NCBI GenBank assembly: GCA_977017645.1
Contig: OZ360252.1
Coordinates: forward strand, 14,632,001-14,696,000
DNA: 64,000 bases
Direction of reading: 5' to 3'
Source of the DNA: Torpedo marmorata
Lineage: Eukaryota
Part shown: positions 38,801 through 51,804 of the stretch, piece after piece
Layout: each line of letters opens with the position of its first letter
How positions within the stretch are numbered: position 1 is the stretch's first letter
The notes under the pieces: model-generated
Seen by the model: the letters and a program-made list of their open reading frames with translations, nothing else
What the model was told of the DNA's origin: nothing
Database searches by the model: none
Translations under genes and position numbers: made by a program

Positions 38801-41800
38801 TTTTTTACTTTTATTCAGAAGGCTGCCTGCTCTTTGCTCATACATTGAAGAGGGCTCAGGCCCGAAACATTGGTTTTATGTCTTTGCCTGCTATGGACGC
38901 TGCGAGACCTGCTGAATCCTCCAGCCTGTTTTTGTTTACCTACATTAGAGCGTCTGCAGTCTTCTGTATTTCATTGAGTTTCCTGCATAAATAGTGGGAA
39001 ATGGCAACCAGAATATATAGTGGTTAAAAATTAGATGAAGGTCTTCTTGAGTTACAGTAAGTAGAATTGGGAATAAAATGAGAGCAAACCAGAATACTGA
39101 GAAAATATCGCTGAATAGTATACCTGAACAAAGGAATTGTAAGAGTTAGACGTGGTATCTCAGACTTGTGCAATGACGAAGATGTGTTAAACTTCAACTA
39201 ACTATGATAACTGTGATGCAGCAGAAAATGAACAGATTGAAGGCGCCCTCACCAGAACATGTAATTGACACATCTTCTTTATGCGTGCAATCGTGTTCTC
39301 CCCACCTCGCTGACAGACATTCCCAGAGGAATGATTCGTTCCCCGAACATCTCACTTCATCCAACCAAACTGTCCCAGAGCTTCGTCCGCAGTAACGGGG
39401 ACTTTTGTTCTCCAAAGCATTTCCGCAACCTAGCTGCCTGCAGACCACGTTTGCGTCAACCACATCCCAGGAGTCATCACAAACTGTGCCCCAAGTACCA
39501 TTGTAATAAACCTGCAGTCGTCCAGCGCATATATCTCCACCGTCAGACAGCTGTAGTTGCAATAGATCTGTTGAACAACAAAACAGAAGAGCATTCGCTT
39601 CATTACATATTGATCACATCACAGAGTTAAACAATATATTGGTGGATGCTGGGGTCCAGTGCAGTGCACAAACATGCGGGAGATACTCAGCAGATCATAA
39701 GGATTGAATTTATGAGCAGGAAGGCTATGCTGCAATTGTGCAAGTTACTGCTGAGGCAGCATCTGGAGTACTGCGTGCAGTTCTGGTCTTCTGACTTGAA
39801 GAAAGATGTCCCGGCTTTGGGGGCGGTGCAGAGGAGGTTCACTGGGTTGATTCCAGAGAAGAAGGGGTTAGCCTATGAGCAGAGATTGAGACGTCTGGGA
39901 GTGTACTCGCTGGAATTTAGAAGAATGAGAGTGTATCTTATAGAAACGTAAAAATTATGAACTTCATACATAAGATCGAAGTAGGTAATCTTTTACATTG
40001 GTTGGGGAGACAAGAAATAGGGGACATAGCCTCAACATTCAGGGCAGTAGATTTATGACGGAGCACGGACTCTGCTGCAGTGGCTAAGAAGGGAATGAGT
40101 GAAATGTGGCGCGCTTTTGTGATAGGGGAATCCATAGTTAGGAAGCCAGGTGACAGAGCTCATTATTCTAAGTCTCGATTAGTTAAGTTTTAACCAGAAC
40201 TTTCCCCCCTTTGTGATAGATGTAAAATCGAGGAAGGTACCTCATACCATATATTTTGGACATGTCCGTCGTTACTGGTCTAGTATTTTTCAGACGTGGT
40301 CCAGTGTTCTCGATGTAAATTTAACTCCTGACCCATTTATGGGTTTATTCGGGATTCATAAGAACATAAGAATATAAGAAATTAGGTACAGGAGTAGGCC
40401 AACCGGCCCATCAAGCCTGCCCCGCCATTCAGATTATGGCTGATCTGATCAATGAAGTAACTCCACCTACCTGCCGTTACCCCACATTCCCTAATTCATT
40501 TTTATGTAAAAATATATCCAACTGAACCTTAAATATGATCATAAAGTGAATGTCTCTAAACGAACGAAGTCGCAATTGCATGTGATAGCATTTACGTCAC
40601 TCATTGCTTGGAAAAATATTATTTTACACTGTAAAGACGTTGATCCCCCTTCACATCGCCACTGGCTCAACTGTGTGATGTCATGCTTGACGTTGGAAAA
40701 AATTCGTTGTTCTGATCTTGATAAGAATCTCAATTTTCAGAGGATATGCGGTTCGTTTATGAGCCTATTTCTAACATTGTAATACAGGCTTTATAACATT
40801 CTCTCTCTATTTTTCTTTATCTTCGCCAGTTTCAGACGCGCATGGATTAGGGTTTAGATATTCTCCCCTTTTCCGTTAGTTCGTTGTAGTTTAGATTCCT
40901 TTTTTTCCTTTTCCTTTTTTTTCACTTTGCTTTTATGTTTTGGGGGTATGTCAGTTTTATGTGGCCATTCCTTGATTGCTCTTTCCTTGTATTATTACTT
41001 CTGATAGGGGACTTAATGACATTTGTAATTATAATTTTTATTTATTATTATCCTTGTATTGTACTGATTGTATACTCTTGCACTGACTGCCTCTGTATTG
41101 TTTGACCTTATTTGTTTTAAAAATCAATAAATAAAATTAAAAAGAAAAGGAAGACAGATGAGCGGTTCTGTGGAGGAGATCGTGAATCCCGGATGGTATG
41201 TTGCCTCCATGGTGCCAGGGTCTGGGATATCTCAGATCGAGTTCACGACATTGTTAGGTGGGAGGGTGATCAGCCAGATGTTGTGGTACATGTAGAGACA
41301 AATGACATTGGTAGGACGGGTGTGGAGGTCCTGCAAGTTGAGTTCAGGGAGTTCGGCGCTAGGTTGAAGAGGAGAACCTCCAGGGTAGTGATCTCAGGAT
41401 TTCCTCCCGTGCCACGTGCTGGAGAGGTTAGAAATAATATGAGGATAAGGCAGCTTAACACGTGGCTGGGTCATGGTGTAGTAGGGAGTGCTTCAGGTTT
41501 CCAGATCACTGGGCTCTGTTCCAGGGACGGTGGGATCTGTACCGACGGGACGGATTGCACCTGAACTGGAAGGGGATTAATATCCATGCGATTAGGTTTG
41601 TTTGTCTTGTCCCGATGGGTTTAAACTAGATTTGCAGGGGCTGGTGAAGCAGAATGTGAGAGCAGTTAGTGAGAAGGTGGAAGATAAAGGTCATGCGAGG
41701 ATAGCGTGAAAAGACAGAAATCAAACGTTTGTTCCTCATATAAATTTACTCAGGTGTATATATTTTAATGCAAGGAGTATTGTTAGAAAGGCTGACGAGT

Positions 41801-44800
41801 TTAGGGCATGGATTGACATGTGGGATTACGATATTATTGCTATTAGTGAAACTTGGTTGCAGGAGGGGCAGGACTGGCAGCTTATTGTTCCGGGGTTACT
41901 TCAGACGTGATAGAGGGGGAGGGCTGAAAAGGGGAGAAGTGGCAGTGCTAGTCAGGGAAAATATCTCCGCTATGCGAAGCCAGGACAGCCAGGAATGTTT
42001 GTCTACAGAGGCCATATAGGTGGAGTTGAGGAATGGGAAAGGTGTGACCACACTGATAGGTTTGTATTATAGACCGCCCAATAGTCAGAAAGAATTGTAG
42101 GAGCAAATCTGCAGAGAGATATCAGACCGATCTGATCTGATCAATGACCGACCTCCAACCACATGCCCTTTCCCCATATCCCAGAATTCCTTTTTTATGT
42201 AAAAATATATCCAACTGAACCTTAAAGATGTTAAATGAAGCAGCCCCCACCGCTTCCCTGGGTAGAAAACTCCACAAATTCACCACTCTTTGGGAAAAAC
42301 TGTTTTCCCTCATCTCTGTCCACAATCTACTCCCCCGAATCTTCAGGCTGTGTTCCTGAGCTTTGGTCTCACCTGCCAGTGAAAAAACCTTCCTGCCTCT
42401 ATCCTATCCATCCCCTTCATAATTCGATATGTTTCTATAAGATCTCCTCTCATTCTTCTGAACTCGACCGTGTATCATTCCAGACGATTTAATCTTTCGT
42501 CATAAATCAACCCCTTCATCTCAGGGATCAACCGAGTAAACGTCCTCTGGACTTCCTCCAAGGCCAGTATATCCTTCCTCAAATATTGAGACCAGAACTG
42601 CACACAGTACTCCATGTGCAGTCTCTCCGGTACCTTGTAAAGTTGCAACATTACCTCCTTGCTCCTGAATTCAATTCCTCAAGCGATGAAGGCCAACATT
42701 TTATTTGCCTTCTTAATAACCTGCTGCACCTGCAACCCAACGTTTTGCGATTCGTGCACAAGCACTCCCAAATCCCTCTGCACAACAGAATACTGCAGTT
42801 TTTCACCATTTAAATAATACTCTGCTCTTTTACGTTTCTTGCCAAAGTGGATAACCTTGCACTTACAGACATTGCACCCCATCTGCCAGATCTTTACGCA
42901 CTCATCTAACTTAACTATATCCCTCTGCAGCCTCTCCACATCGTCAGTACAATTTTCTCTTTCACTCAAGGACTGGATGGCTTGGAGTTTGTGAAATGTG
43001 TTTAAGAAAGTCTTATAAATCCATATATAGAGGTAGCAACGAGAGAGGATGCAGTACTTGATCTCCTATTAGGGAACAAGACAAGTCATGTAGCAGATGT
43101 ATGAGTAGGCGAACATTTTGGGTCCAGTGACCATAATGCCGTTAGCCTCAAGTTAGTTATAGAAAAGGTTAAGTCTGGTCCTCATGTTGAGATTCTAAAT
43201 TGGAGGAATTTTGTGGAAATGAGAAAGGATCTAGGAAGAGTGGATTGGGATACATTGTTTTCTGGCAAGGGTGTGTTAAGTCAGTGGATGGCCTTCAAAG
43301 GCGAAGTTTTGAGCGTGCAGGGTTTGCATGTACCTGTTAGGATTAAAGGCAAATTTAGCAGGCACAGGGAACCCTGGTTTTCAAGGGATATTGACGATCT
43401 GGTTACGAAGAAGAGGGAGGTGTATAGCAAGTATAGGCAACAAGGAGCTAATGAGGTACTTGAAGAGTACAGAAAATGCACGAAAATACTAAAGAAGGAA
43501 ATCACGAAGGCAAAACGAAGACATGAGGTTGCTTTGGCAGAAAATGTGAAGGTAACCCCGAAGGGTTTCTACAAGTATATTAAGAGTAAAAGTATAGTAA
43601 GCAACAAAATAGGTCTCTTGGAGGATAAGAGTGGTCAACTCTATGTGGAGCCTCAAGTAATGTGGGAGATCTTAAACAGTGTTTTTTTGTATCGGTATTT
43701 ACTCAGGAAACTGGCATAGTGCATCAGGAAGGAAGGGAAACAAACAGAAGTGTAATGGAAGATGTGGACATTAAGGAGGTGGTTGTGCTTGATGCCTTCC
43801 AGCAAATAAATGTAAATAAATCCCCCAGGCAGGATATGATATTCCGTCGAACCTTGAGGGAGTCTAGTGTAGAAATTGCAGGGGCCCTGGCGGATATATT
43901 CAAAATGTCTTTAGCCACGGGGAGGTGCCAGAGGATTGGAGGATAGGTTATTTTGTTCCGTTTTTTAAAAAAGGATTAATAGATAAACCAGGTAATTATA
44001 AGCCGGTGAGCCCGACCTCAGTGGTGGGTAAACTGTTGTAAGCTATTCTGAGAGTTAGGATAAATAGGTATTTGGACAGCCATGGGCTGATTCAGGACAG
44101 TCAGCATGGCTTTGTGCGTAGTAGGTCGTGTTTAACGAATCTTGTAGAGGTTTTGGAGGGGGTTTACAAGAAGGTAGATAAAGGAAAGGCTGTGGATGTT
44201 GTCAACGTGGGCTTTAGTAAGGCGTTTGACAATGTCCCACACGGGAGGTTAGTTCTAAAGGTTTAGACACTAGGTATCCATGGAGAGGTTGTGAACTGGA
44301 TTCGAAATTGGCTGTGTGGGAGACAACAGAGAGTGGGAGTGGATGGTTGCTTCTCAGACTGGAGGCCTGTGACTAGTGGTGTGCCTCAGGGATCTGTGTT
44401 GGGACCATTGTTGTTTGTTACTTTTATCAATGATCTGGATGATAATGTGGTAAATTGGATCAGCAGGTTTGCTGATGACACAAAGATAGGAGGCGTTGTG
44501 GACAGCGAGGAAGAATTTTAAAGCTTGCAGAGGGATCTGGGCCAACTTGGAGAATGGGCCAAAAATGGCAGATGGAGGTTAATGCAGACAATGTGTGAGG
44601 TGTTCCATTTTTGAAGTGTAAATCAAGGTAGGACATACACATTAAAAAAACACAAATGCTGGAGAAACTCAGCAGGTCAAACAGTGTATTTTATGTAGCA
44701 AAGGTAGAAATACATAACCGACGTTTCGGGCTTGAGCCATTCAACAGTCCTTTAGGACATACACAGTAAATGGTAGGGCACTGAGGAGTGCGGAGGAGCA

Positions 44801-47800
44801 AAGTGATCTGGGAATACAGATACATTGTTCCCTGAACGTGGCGTCGCAGGTGGACAGAATTGTAAAGAAAGTTTTTGGCATCTCAGCATTTATTAGTCAA
44901 ATATTGCGTTTCGGATTTGGGATGTTATGTTGAAGTTGTGTAAGACATTGGTGAGGCAAAATGTGGACTATTGTGTGCAGTTCTGGTCGTCTAACTACAG
45001 GAACGATATCAGTAAGATTGAAAGAGTGGAGAGAAAATTAACTGGGATGTTGCCGGGTCTTCAGGAGTTGAGATGCAGGGAAAAATTAAACATTTTGGGA
45101 ATTTATTCCTTTGAACGAAGAGAATGAGGGGAGATTTGATGGAGGTTTACAGGATTATGAGAGGTTTAGACAGAGTGGATGCGATTAGGCTTTTTCCACT
45201 TGGATTGGGGGAGATAAATACGAGAGGTTATAGTTTTAAGCTGAAAGGGGAAAGATTTGGGGGAACATTAGGGGAAAGTTCTTCACTCAGAGAGTAGTGG
45301 GAGTGTGGAATGGGCTGCCATCTGATGTGGTGATCGGGTGCTCGATCTTGGGTTTTAAGGATAGATTGGATAGGTACATGGATGGGAGATGTCTGGGGGG
45401 CTATGGAGTGGGAGCGGGTAGTGGGACTTGCGGAATGTTGGTCGGCACAAACTAGAAGGGTCGAATGGCCTGTTTTCTCTGCTGTAGAGTTCTATTGTTC
45501 TATAGTTCTATGGAACTGATGAGCAACTTCTTTTGCCAGAGGGCGGTGAATCTCTGGGATTCGCTGCCCATTGAAGTAGTGGAGGGTGCAATACATATAT
45601 TTAAGACAAGGTTTGGATAGATTTTACATAGTAGGTGAATTAAGGGATATGGGGAAAAGGCAGGTGGGTGGAGATGAGCCCATAATCAGATCAGCCATGA
45701 CCTCAATGAATAGCAGAGCAGGCGCGACGGCCCGGGTGGCCTTATCCTGCTCCTATTCCTTATATTCAGAATTCATGGAAAGCAAAAGACACTCGACTTC
45801 TTCAGGAGTGCCGAGATTCTCGCAGAATCCCGTGTAACGGAATTGGATGTGAGGTGGATACAGGTGGGCGGAGGAGAATGCAGGCGAAAGGGGCTACTCC
45901 GTGAAGTGGTCACAGGGCAAAAAGACTGCTCTCTGATAGAAGGAAGGAAAGGGGCTGGATATCTGGAGAAATGGGACAGAGCGATGAGGGAAAGAGAGAG
46001 ACCGGGAGCGGGAGTTATCAAAAAATAGAGATGTCCATATTAATGCCCTCTGGTTGAAGTGTGTCGAGACGTAATATATAAGGCGCTGTTCCTCCAATTT
46101 ACCAGTGGCATCAACTTGGCAGCACACGTGGCCAAGGACAAACATGTCAGTGTGGCAATCGGGTGCGGAATTGAAATGGCAGGGCACTGGAAGCTCCTTG
46201 CTGTTGCAGCGGACAGTGCAAAGTTTCAAGGAATCGTTCTCCCTGTCTGTGTCCAGGCTCCCCGATGCAGAGGAGGCCGCAACGGGATCACCCGATGCAG
46301 TAAATGACTCCTGAATATTCACAAGTGAAGTGATGATTTCACATGGAAGGACTGTTTAGGACTGCATTGTTTCAGTGTGCTCACTTTTATCCAAGCTCAA
46401 ACTTCTTTCGATAGGATTAATTCAGTTTCTGCTCTAATTATACTATGTTTCACCAGGATATAACATGCAAAACAAAGCGAATGACAAATCAGAAATAACC
46501 CTTGAAACTTAATTCCTACTCTCTCCCTTCTCCTTCCCCTAAATAGAACGGCTTGAGCTGTCTCATGCCAAAATTCCAAAGAAATTACTTATTTTGAATT
46601 GGACATGCAGCAATGACGAGTTGCGCTCTCATTGGTCTGGTCGGTATGTGTATATTGCATCCCATTTGTCAGCACTAGGTCTGATCATATTGTCGCTTGT
46701 TCAACCGCAATCTTGTGTTTAGCATTTAGAATACTATGTTGACGGGTGGAGCAAACTGTACAACCGTTCAGCTGTTAAATTATAAATACATTACGTGTTT
46801 TATATTTGCACTTTTTATTTTTCTACCCCACTCCACACAGGTAGCCAAGAGTTCCGGCACGAAAATGGACTCGACTGTAAAATGCTAAATGCAGCAGCGG
46901 TTTTGAAACTTGACGATTGTTTTCATTTTGGAATTGATGGTCTGATACAACCATCTCATGGGGTTTAAACTTTGATTTACAAAATATATACATTTTGAAA
47001 TCATTGCATTTGAAAACATTACTTTACATAAAAATATACCATCAAGAAATCTGCTTTCGTACTTCCCCGGTGAACCAGTTTCGACATGGATTCGCTTCAT
47101 CCACATTTTAACAGACCCGAGTAGTAAATAAATGTTGCGGTGTCTGCAGTTAGCCAACGTTGACGTTTTCCCCCATAATTCCCCGACCTTCAACCCATAC
47201 ATCTCCCTGCTTTCTTTGATTTCACTTTTTGTTGTCTCCATTTTTTAAAACTTCTATAGAAATGTCTTGAACACATGTAAGAAATCCTGTTGCTGAAGAT
47301 TTTTTTAAAGCACAGTAATTATTTTAATAATTTTCCGTTTTTGATTCATTATTTGCGACCCTTGATTTTATAGAAATGACCAGAGGACAAAATAGTTGCC
47401 ACTGTAATTGTCCCCGGGCTGGTGGAGTCTGCGGAGGGTTGCGCCAGAACAAAACAGGAATTGTGTGAGTTTTACGCAATTAACCAATTTTACCGCAACG
47501 GCAAGACACCCGACTTTATTATTCTGTGGCCCCGATGTTCTTAACTCATCACCAACCTTCCCAGCAGCTTGTCATTTCCCTGGTGACATGTTGTGGTAAT
47601 GTCATTGCTTTCTCACCTGAACACAGAACCCCAACGCCGCTGCTATCGTTGGAAAACCGATTCAACGTGAACGTGCTGCAATTTCGGAGCTGCGATTCGG
47701 TTCCTTCACACTGGACGTCATTCACCCACACCGGCCGTTCACTATCACCGTACATAGAGGAGTTGTAGGCTGATGTGGCAGAGCCGCAACGCAGCTCTCT

Positions 47801-50800
47801 GCAGACCACGTTGGAATCATTGATGTTCCAGACGTTATCCTGCACTCTTCCCCAGCTGCCATTGTGGAAGACCTCCACTCGGCCGTCGCAACGGCTTCCT
47901 CCGTTGGTCAGTCTGAGAGACCAACTTTCATCTGCAAAGCGAAATATGTTGGGTGAGCCAGTTAAAGTGAAGCCAAAGTATCCTATCAATTGTAAACTTT
48001 TGTCTGGCGAGCTGGTGGTTGTTTTCCGCACCAAGTGACCGCACGTCATTTTGGCGGACGCGGACCTGCTGCTTCAGTGAGTTTGCTCTGTCTGAATTCA
48101 AACCAATGCCGATCAGTTTCTGTGCACGATCTCAGTAATCGGTTCAACAACAAGTGGCACGCCGTTAATTGTAGATAAATAGACTTTAAAGGCGATAGTC
48201 GTTTCGAAGTTTTCATTCAAATTTGTTCTTCAATTCTCACGCAACACTTCATTACACATGTACAACAACCATGTACCGTTCTGTCCCTCTCGCCCTTTAA
48301 ATTTTCGAAAAATTATTTCACGTCACCCCAAAGCACACCGCAGCAGAATTTCTGATTTGACTCCTCCCAGCAACAACAGTCATTGCCTTGCCTCTGTTCA
48401 TAATAACATTGTGCAGCGTGCAACGAATATCCTGTTGACCCTATCGCCATTCCTCGTCTTTACCCTTCGGGACATGGCTTAATCGCAGAATTAACATGTT
48501 GGCTACAGATAACAAATCAGAATTCCAGGCAGTCAACATACTTCCACAAAGAATTAAACCCTTTCACCTTTCATCGTAATGCAGAATATAAATACGTTGG
48601 GGAAAGGCAGTATCAAAAAATTGCTTTAAAGAGGTAGCTGAATGATTCTTCGACTGGAAAGCAGTTTGTTTATTTCAGATCTGCAATCTATGCCGACTCA
48701 CCTGAGCAGACGAGACCGGAAATGTTTCCATGTGGACATCTAACTTTATCCGAGGGTGAAAATGGACAGTCAGCTATTCGGGATTCGTTCCCCCGGCAAC
48801 GGTAGCCCTCCTTCATCATAGGACCGGTTTCCTCACCAAATTGGGCACCTGCAGGAGTTTCCGTTACTGCACCGCATCGCAGCTGTTCACAGATCACGCT
48901 CGCAACTTCTAAGCTGAAGTGCACATCACAAAGGGTCCACCACTGGTCTCCGTGTAGAATTTCCACCCTGCCTGAACATCTGTTCTTCCCGCCCACTAGT
49001 CGTGGTCTATAGATCCCTGTTTGAGTAAGGAATGAACATCGAAAATAACTCTTAAAATAGGAACGAATAAGAAATTACATAAATATTTCTTTATTTTCCA
49101 CGATCTATTAGACGATTTTCCATGTGTGTGTTTTAAATAGGACGGTCTCTGATTTAATTTTGATCTTGTTCGCTGAGATTGTTTAGGATTTATTTCTTTG
49201 TATTCAACTGTATTTCCTAATGCAAAGTTATCGTTCATATTCTTCGCAATTTCCTTATATTTCTGTGCTTTTTTTCGTTCTACAAAACGCTCGCTCCCAT
49301 TAAATTATGAAAGCTCAGAGTTAAGCAGAAGAACTCTGTTCGTAAACCACTCTCATTGCTTTACATTGATGATCTATTAATATTCAGCATATCTTTACTT
49401 TGACGAAGATTGTTGTTTAATCGATAGGAAGTCGTTTAATATCGATATTATTAATTTAATACTTCTGAACACTCATTGAATTCAATGAACAATGTTGTCC
49501 AAAAGAGACATTATATTATTATTTTTTATACACCGGCCAATATGATATCAATGTTATATGGCAATGAATTGTATTGATGCACTTTATGAGCACTTCATAA
49601 CAGGGAATTATCGATGACCGTTTCCTGTTTTCCATGGACAATGAAAGTCAAATACAGCTTTGTTCAGAAATCTGGTACTCACCAGAACAGATCATATCGA
49701 CGCCATTTCTCTGGCTGCAATGATGGGTTGCTGAAGAAAGTGGACAGTCCGACAAGGATGGCTCTTCGCCCTTACATTCCAAGCTACGGTCAGACGCAGT
49801 TCCCTCTTCAAAATAAGCTCCGCGCTGCACAGATACGGCGACTCCGCATTGAAGCTGACGACACACTACATTGGCATCATCCATATCCCAGTGATGGTCA
49901 CATATCTTTTTCCAGTTTTCACCAAACATCACCTCCAGCCTTCCCGAGCAGTGGTCATCTCCGGAAACCAATCTTGGTACTCTATGGTCTGAGAAAGATA
50001 TGAACCACAGTCATGATAATAAAAATTGTAAAGTCGGTATGCAGACGATTCCGATGGAGATCAGCACATAGCTGTGCTGAAATAAATGGTGCTCCAGTCT
50101 GGACTGCTGCCGATGAAATTTCTCATCTTCATCTTCCATCATATTCATTTGATGCAGGTGGAATAGTTTTGACAACACAGAACACAGTTTCGGCTCCATT
50201 GTTTCAAACGGAGATTAGATTCAAAAAAATATACAGCAAAATCTCAATAAAGGAATATTGTAATCCAATTCCAACAATCTCTGACACAAGGACACCTTTT
50301 CCACTTTATGCATTTTCTTCAGGATATCAGAGCTGAGCAAAACGCACCCTTTCTCTTCCTCATTCATTAAAGTCTTATCGAATGATGTTGTCGAGCACTG
50401 CCCATTGTTTCATACCATAACCTCTATTATAACCCTCTTGGAGCAGCTGAAAGAATGAATTTTACGTCGGGTTTCACTCTGGCCGCAGAGGCTCCATTTT
50501 TCTGAACAAGCCTCCGCTGGAGTCCAGTCACATACAAACACACCCTCTTTAATAATATGCTGAGAACAGCTGAGTCATTTTTCTCCAGATTCATTATCTC
50601 TCTTCCTTCTTTCCAATCTCCGCCAGCTCACATTTTCGGCGACAACGCTCGTGATTCCACACATCCCCTGCAGAAATGTGCCTCCGAAACACATTTGGGT
50701 TTTAATTAGTGGCTCAGGGAGTATCCGATGAGAGGTTGCCTCCATGAATGTTTTGCTTTTTGTCTCCAGGAAATACAGGGGGAAAGTTATTAAATCAGGG

Positions 50801-51773
50801 GGCCTTATTCTGTGCTGCGGTGATCTATGTTCTATGTTCTAAGCAAGCATCAATTGAATTCCACCGATCAGTTGATTTGACGTGATTGATTTAAATACCC
50901 CGCAGCAGAAATTTGAATAAATATTAAATGTTGACACTTCTTACGAGAATGTAACAGAAATAATCTTGCAATAGCATATGTCTGAGGAAGTTAAAAAGAA
51001 AGTCTGCAGGAGGTTTGATTGAAGTGTAATACACAAAAATGCTGGAGAAAATGAGATGGGTCGTGACCTGATGAGTTTCTCCAGCAATTTAACGTCTGGC
51101 GAGGGTATATTCACATTATCTACGGACAGATATGGGCGCAGTAAACAAAAGCATATTTTCAAAATGTAAGTATAACACCTCCACTGTGCAACAATTAATA
51201 CCGAGAAACATTGCCGGTGATTTCTCTCAGCACCGCTTTTCAGTCTTAACAGCATAACCATTAATTCCAGTTGCATTCTCTGAAATTTTCCAAAAATGTG
51301 GCAAAAAATATTTGGTTGCAGATAATCGCTCAACTTTTAGTAAAGGGGCAGGTTAATTATGTCATAAAATACAAACGCCATCCTATTGAAATATAGAGGC
51401 GCAGACGTGACGTGCAACAAATAGTAATGTTGGGAAATTCGACCTCTCCACTGAGTAAAATACAGAAAAGCTGGAGGAACTCAGCACGTCACGCAGCGTT
51501 CAGAAGAGTTAAATATATAGAACCAACGTTTCGGGCCTGAGCCCTTTTTTAAGGAAAGAGCAAAAAGCAGGCAGGCGCCTGAATAAAAGAGCTGGGAGAA
51601 AGGGCAGAAAGTGTAACGGGGGAGCACAGGACAACTGGCAAAATGCGATATTTGGACATGGATGGGAGAGGAAAGGTGACAATTGATCGGTGAAGGGGAA
51701 CCTCTGAGAATGTAAAGCAGGAGGAAAGGAGACAGAGGGAATGTCAAAGTCAGTGAGAGTTAATGCGAAAGAG

Positions 51774-51804
<31 letters not shown>

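Larger units (their letters stand above)
40063..45512 (+). mobile_element. Near-complete CR1 (HER1-like) LINE: SGNH-esterase-like ORF1 + EN/RT ORF2, degenerate
   Basis: [10 protein letters not shown]...[18 protein letters not shown] (ORF1); YFNARSI (EN); [23 protein letters not shown] (RT); (gttctat)n tail. Confidence 0.9.
39690..45770 (+). mobile_element. Outer CR1 fragment (39690-40060 plus 45513-45770) hosting a nested cluster
   Basis: [17 protein letters not shown] breaks at ~40060 and resumes at 45513 (aacttcttttgccagagggcggtgaatc) through to its tail. Confidence 0.75.

Noticed and set aside
36255-38808. LTR retrotransposon or DNA transposon with long TIRs
   Set aside because: The repeats are inverted pLTRs and the ORF is RT + GIY-YIG, diagnostic of Penelope-like elements
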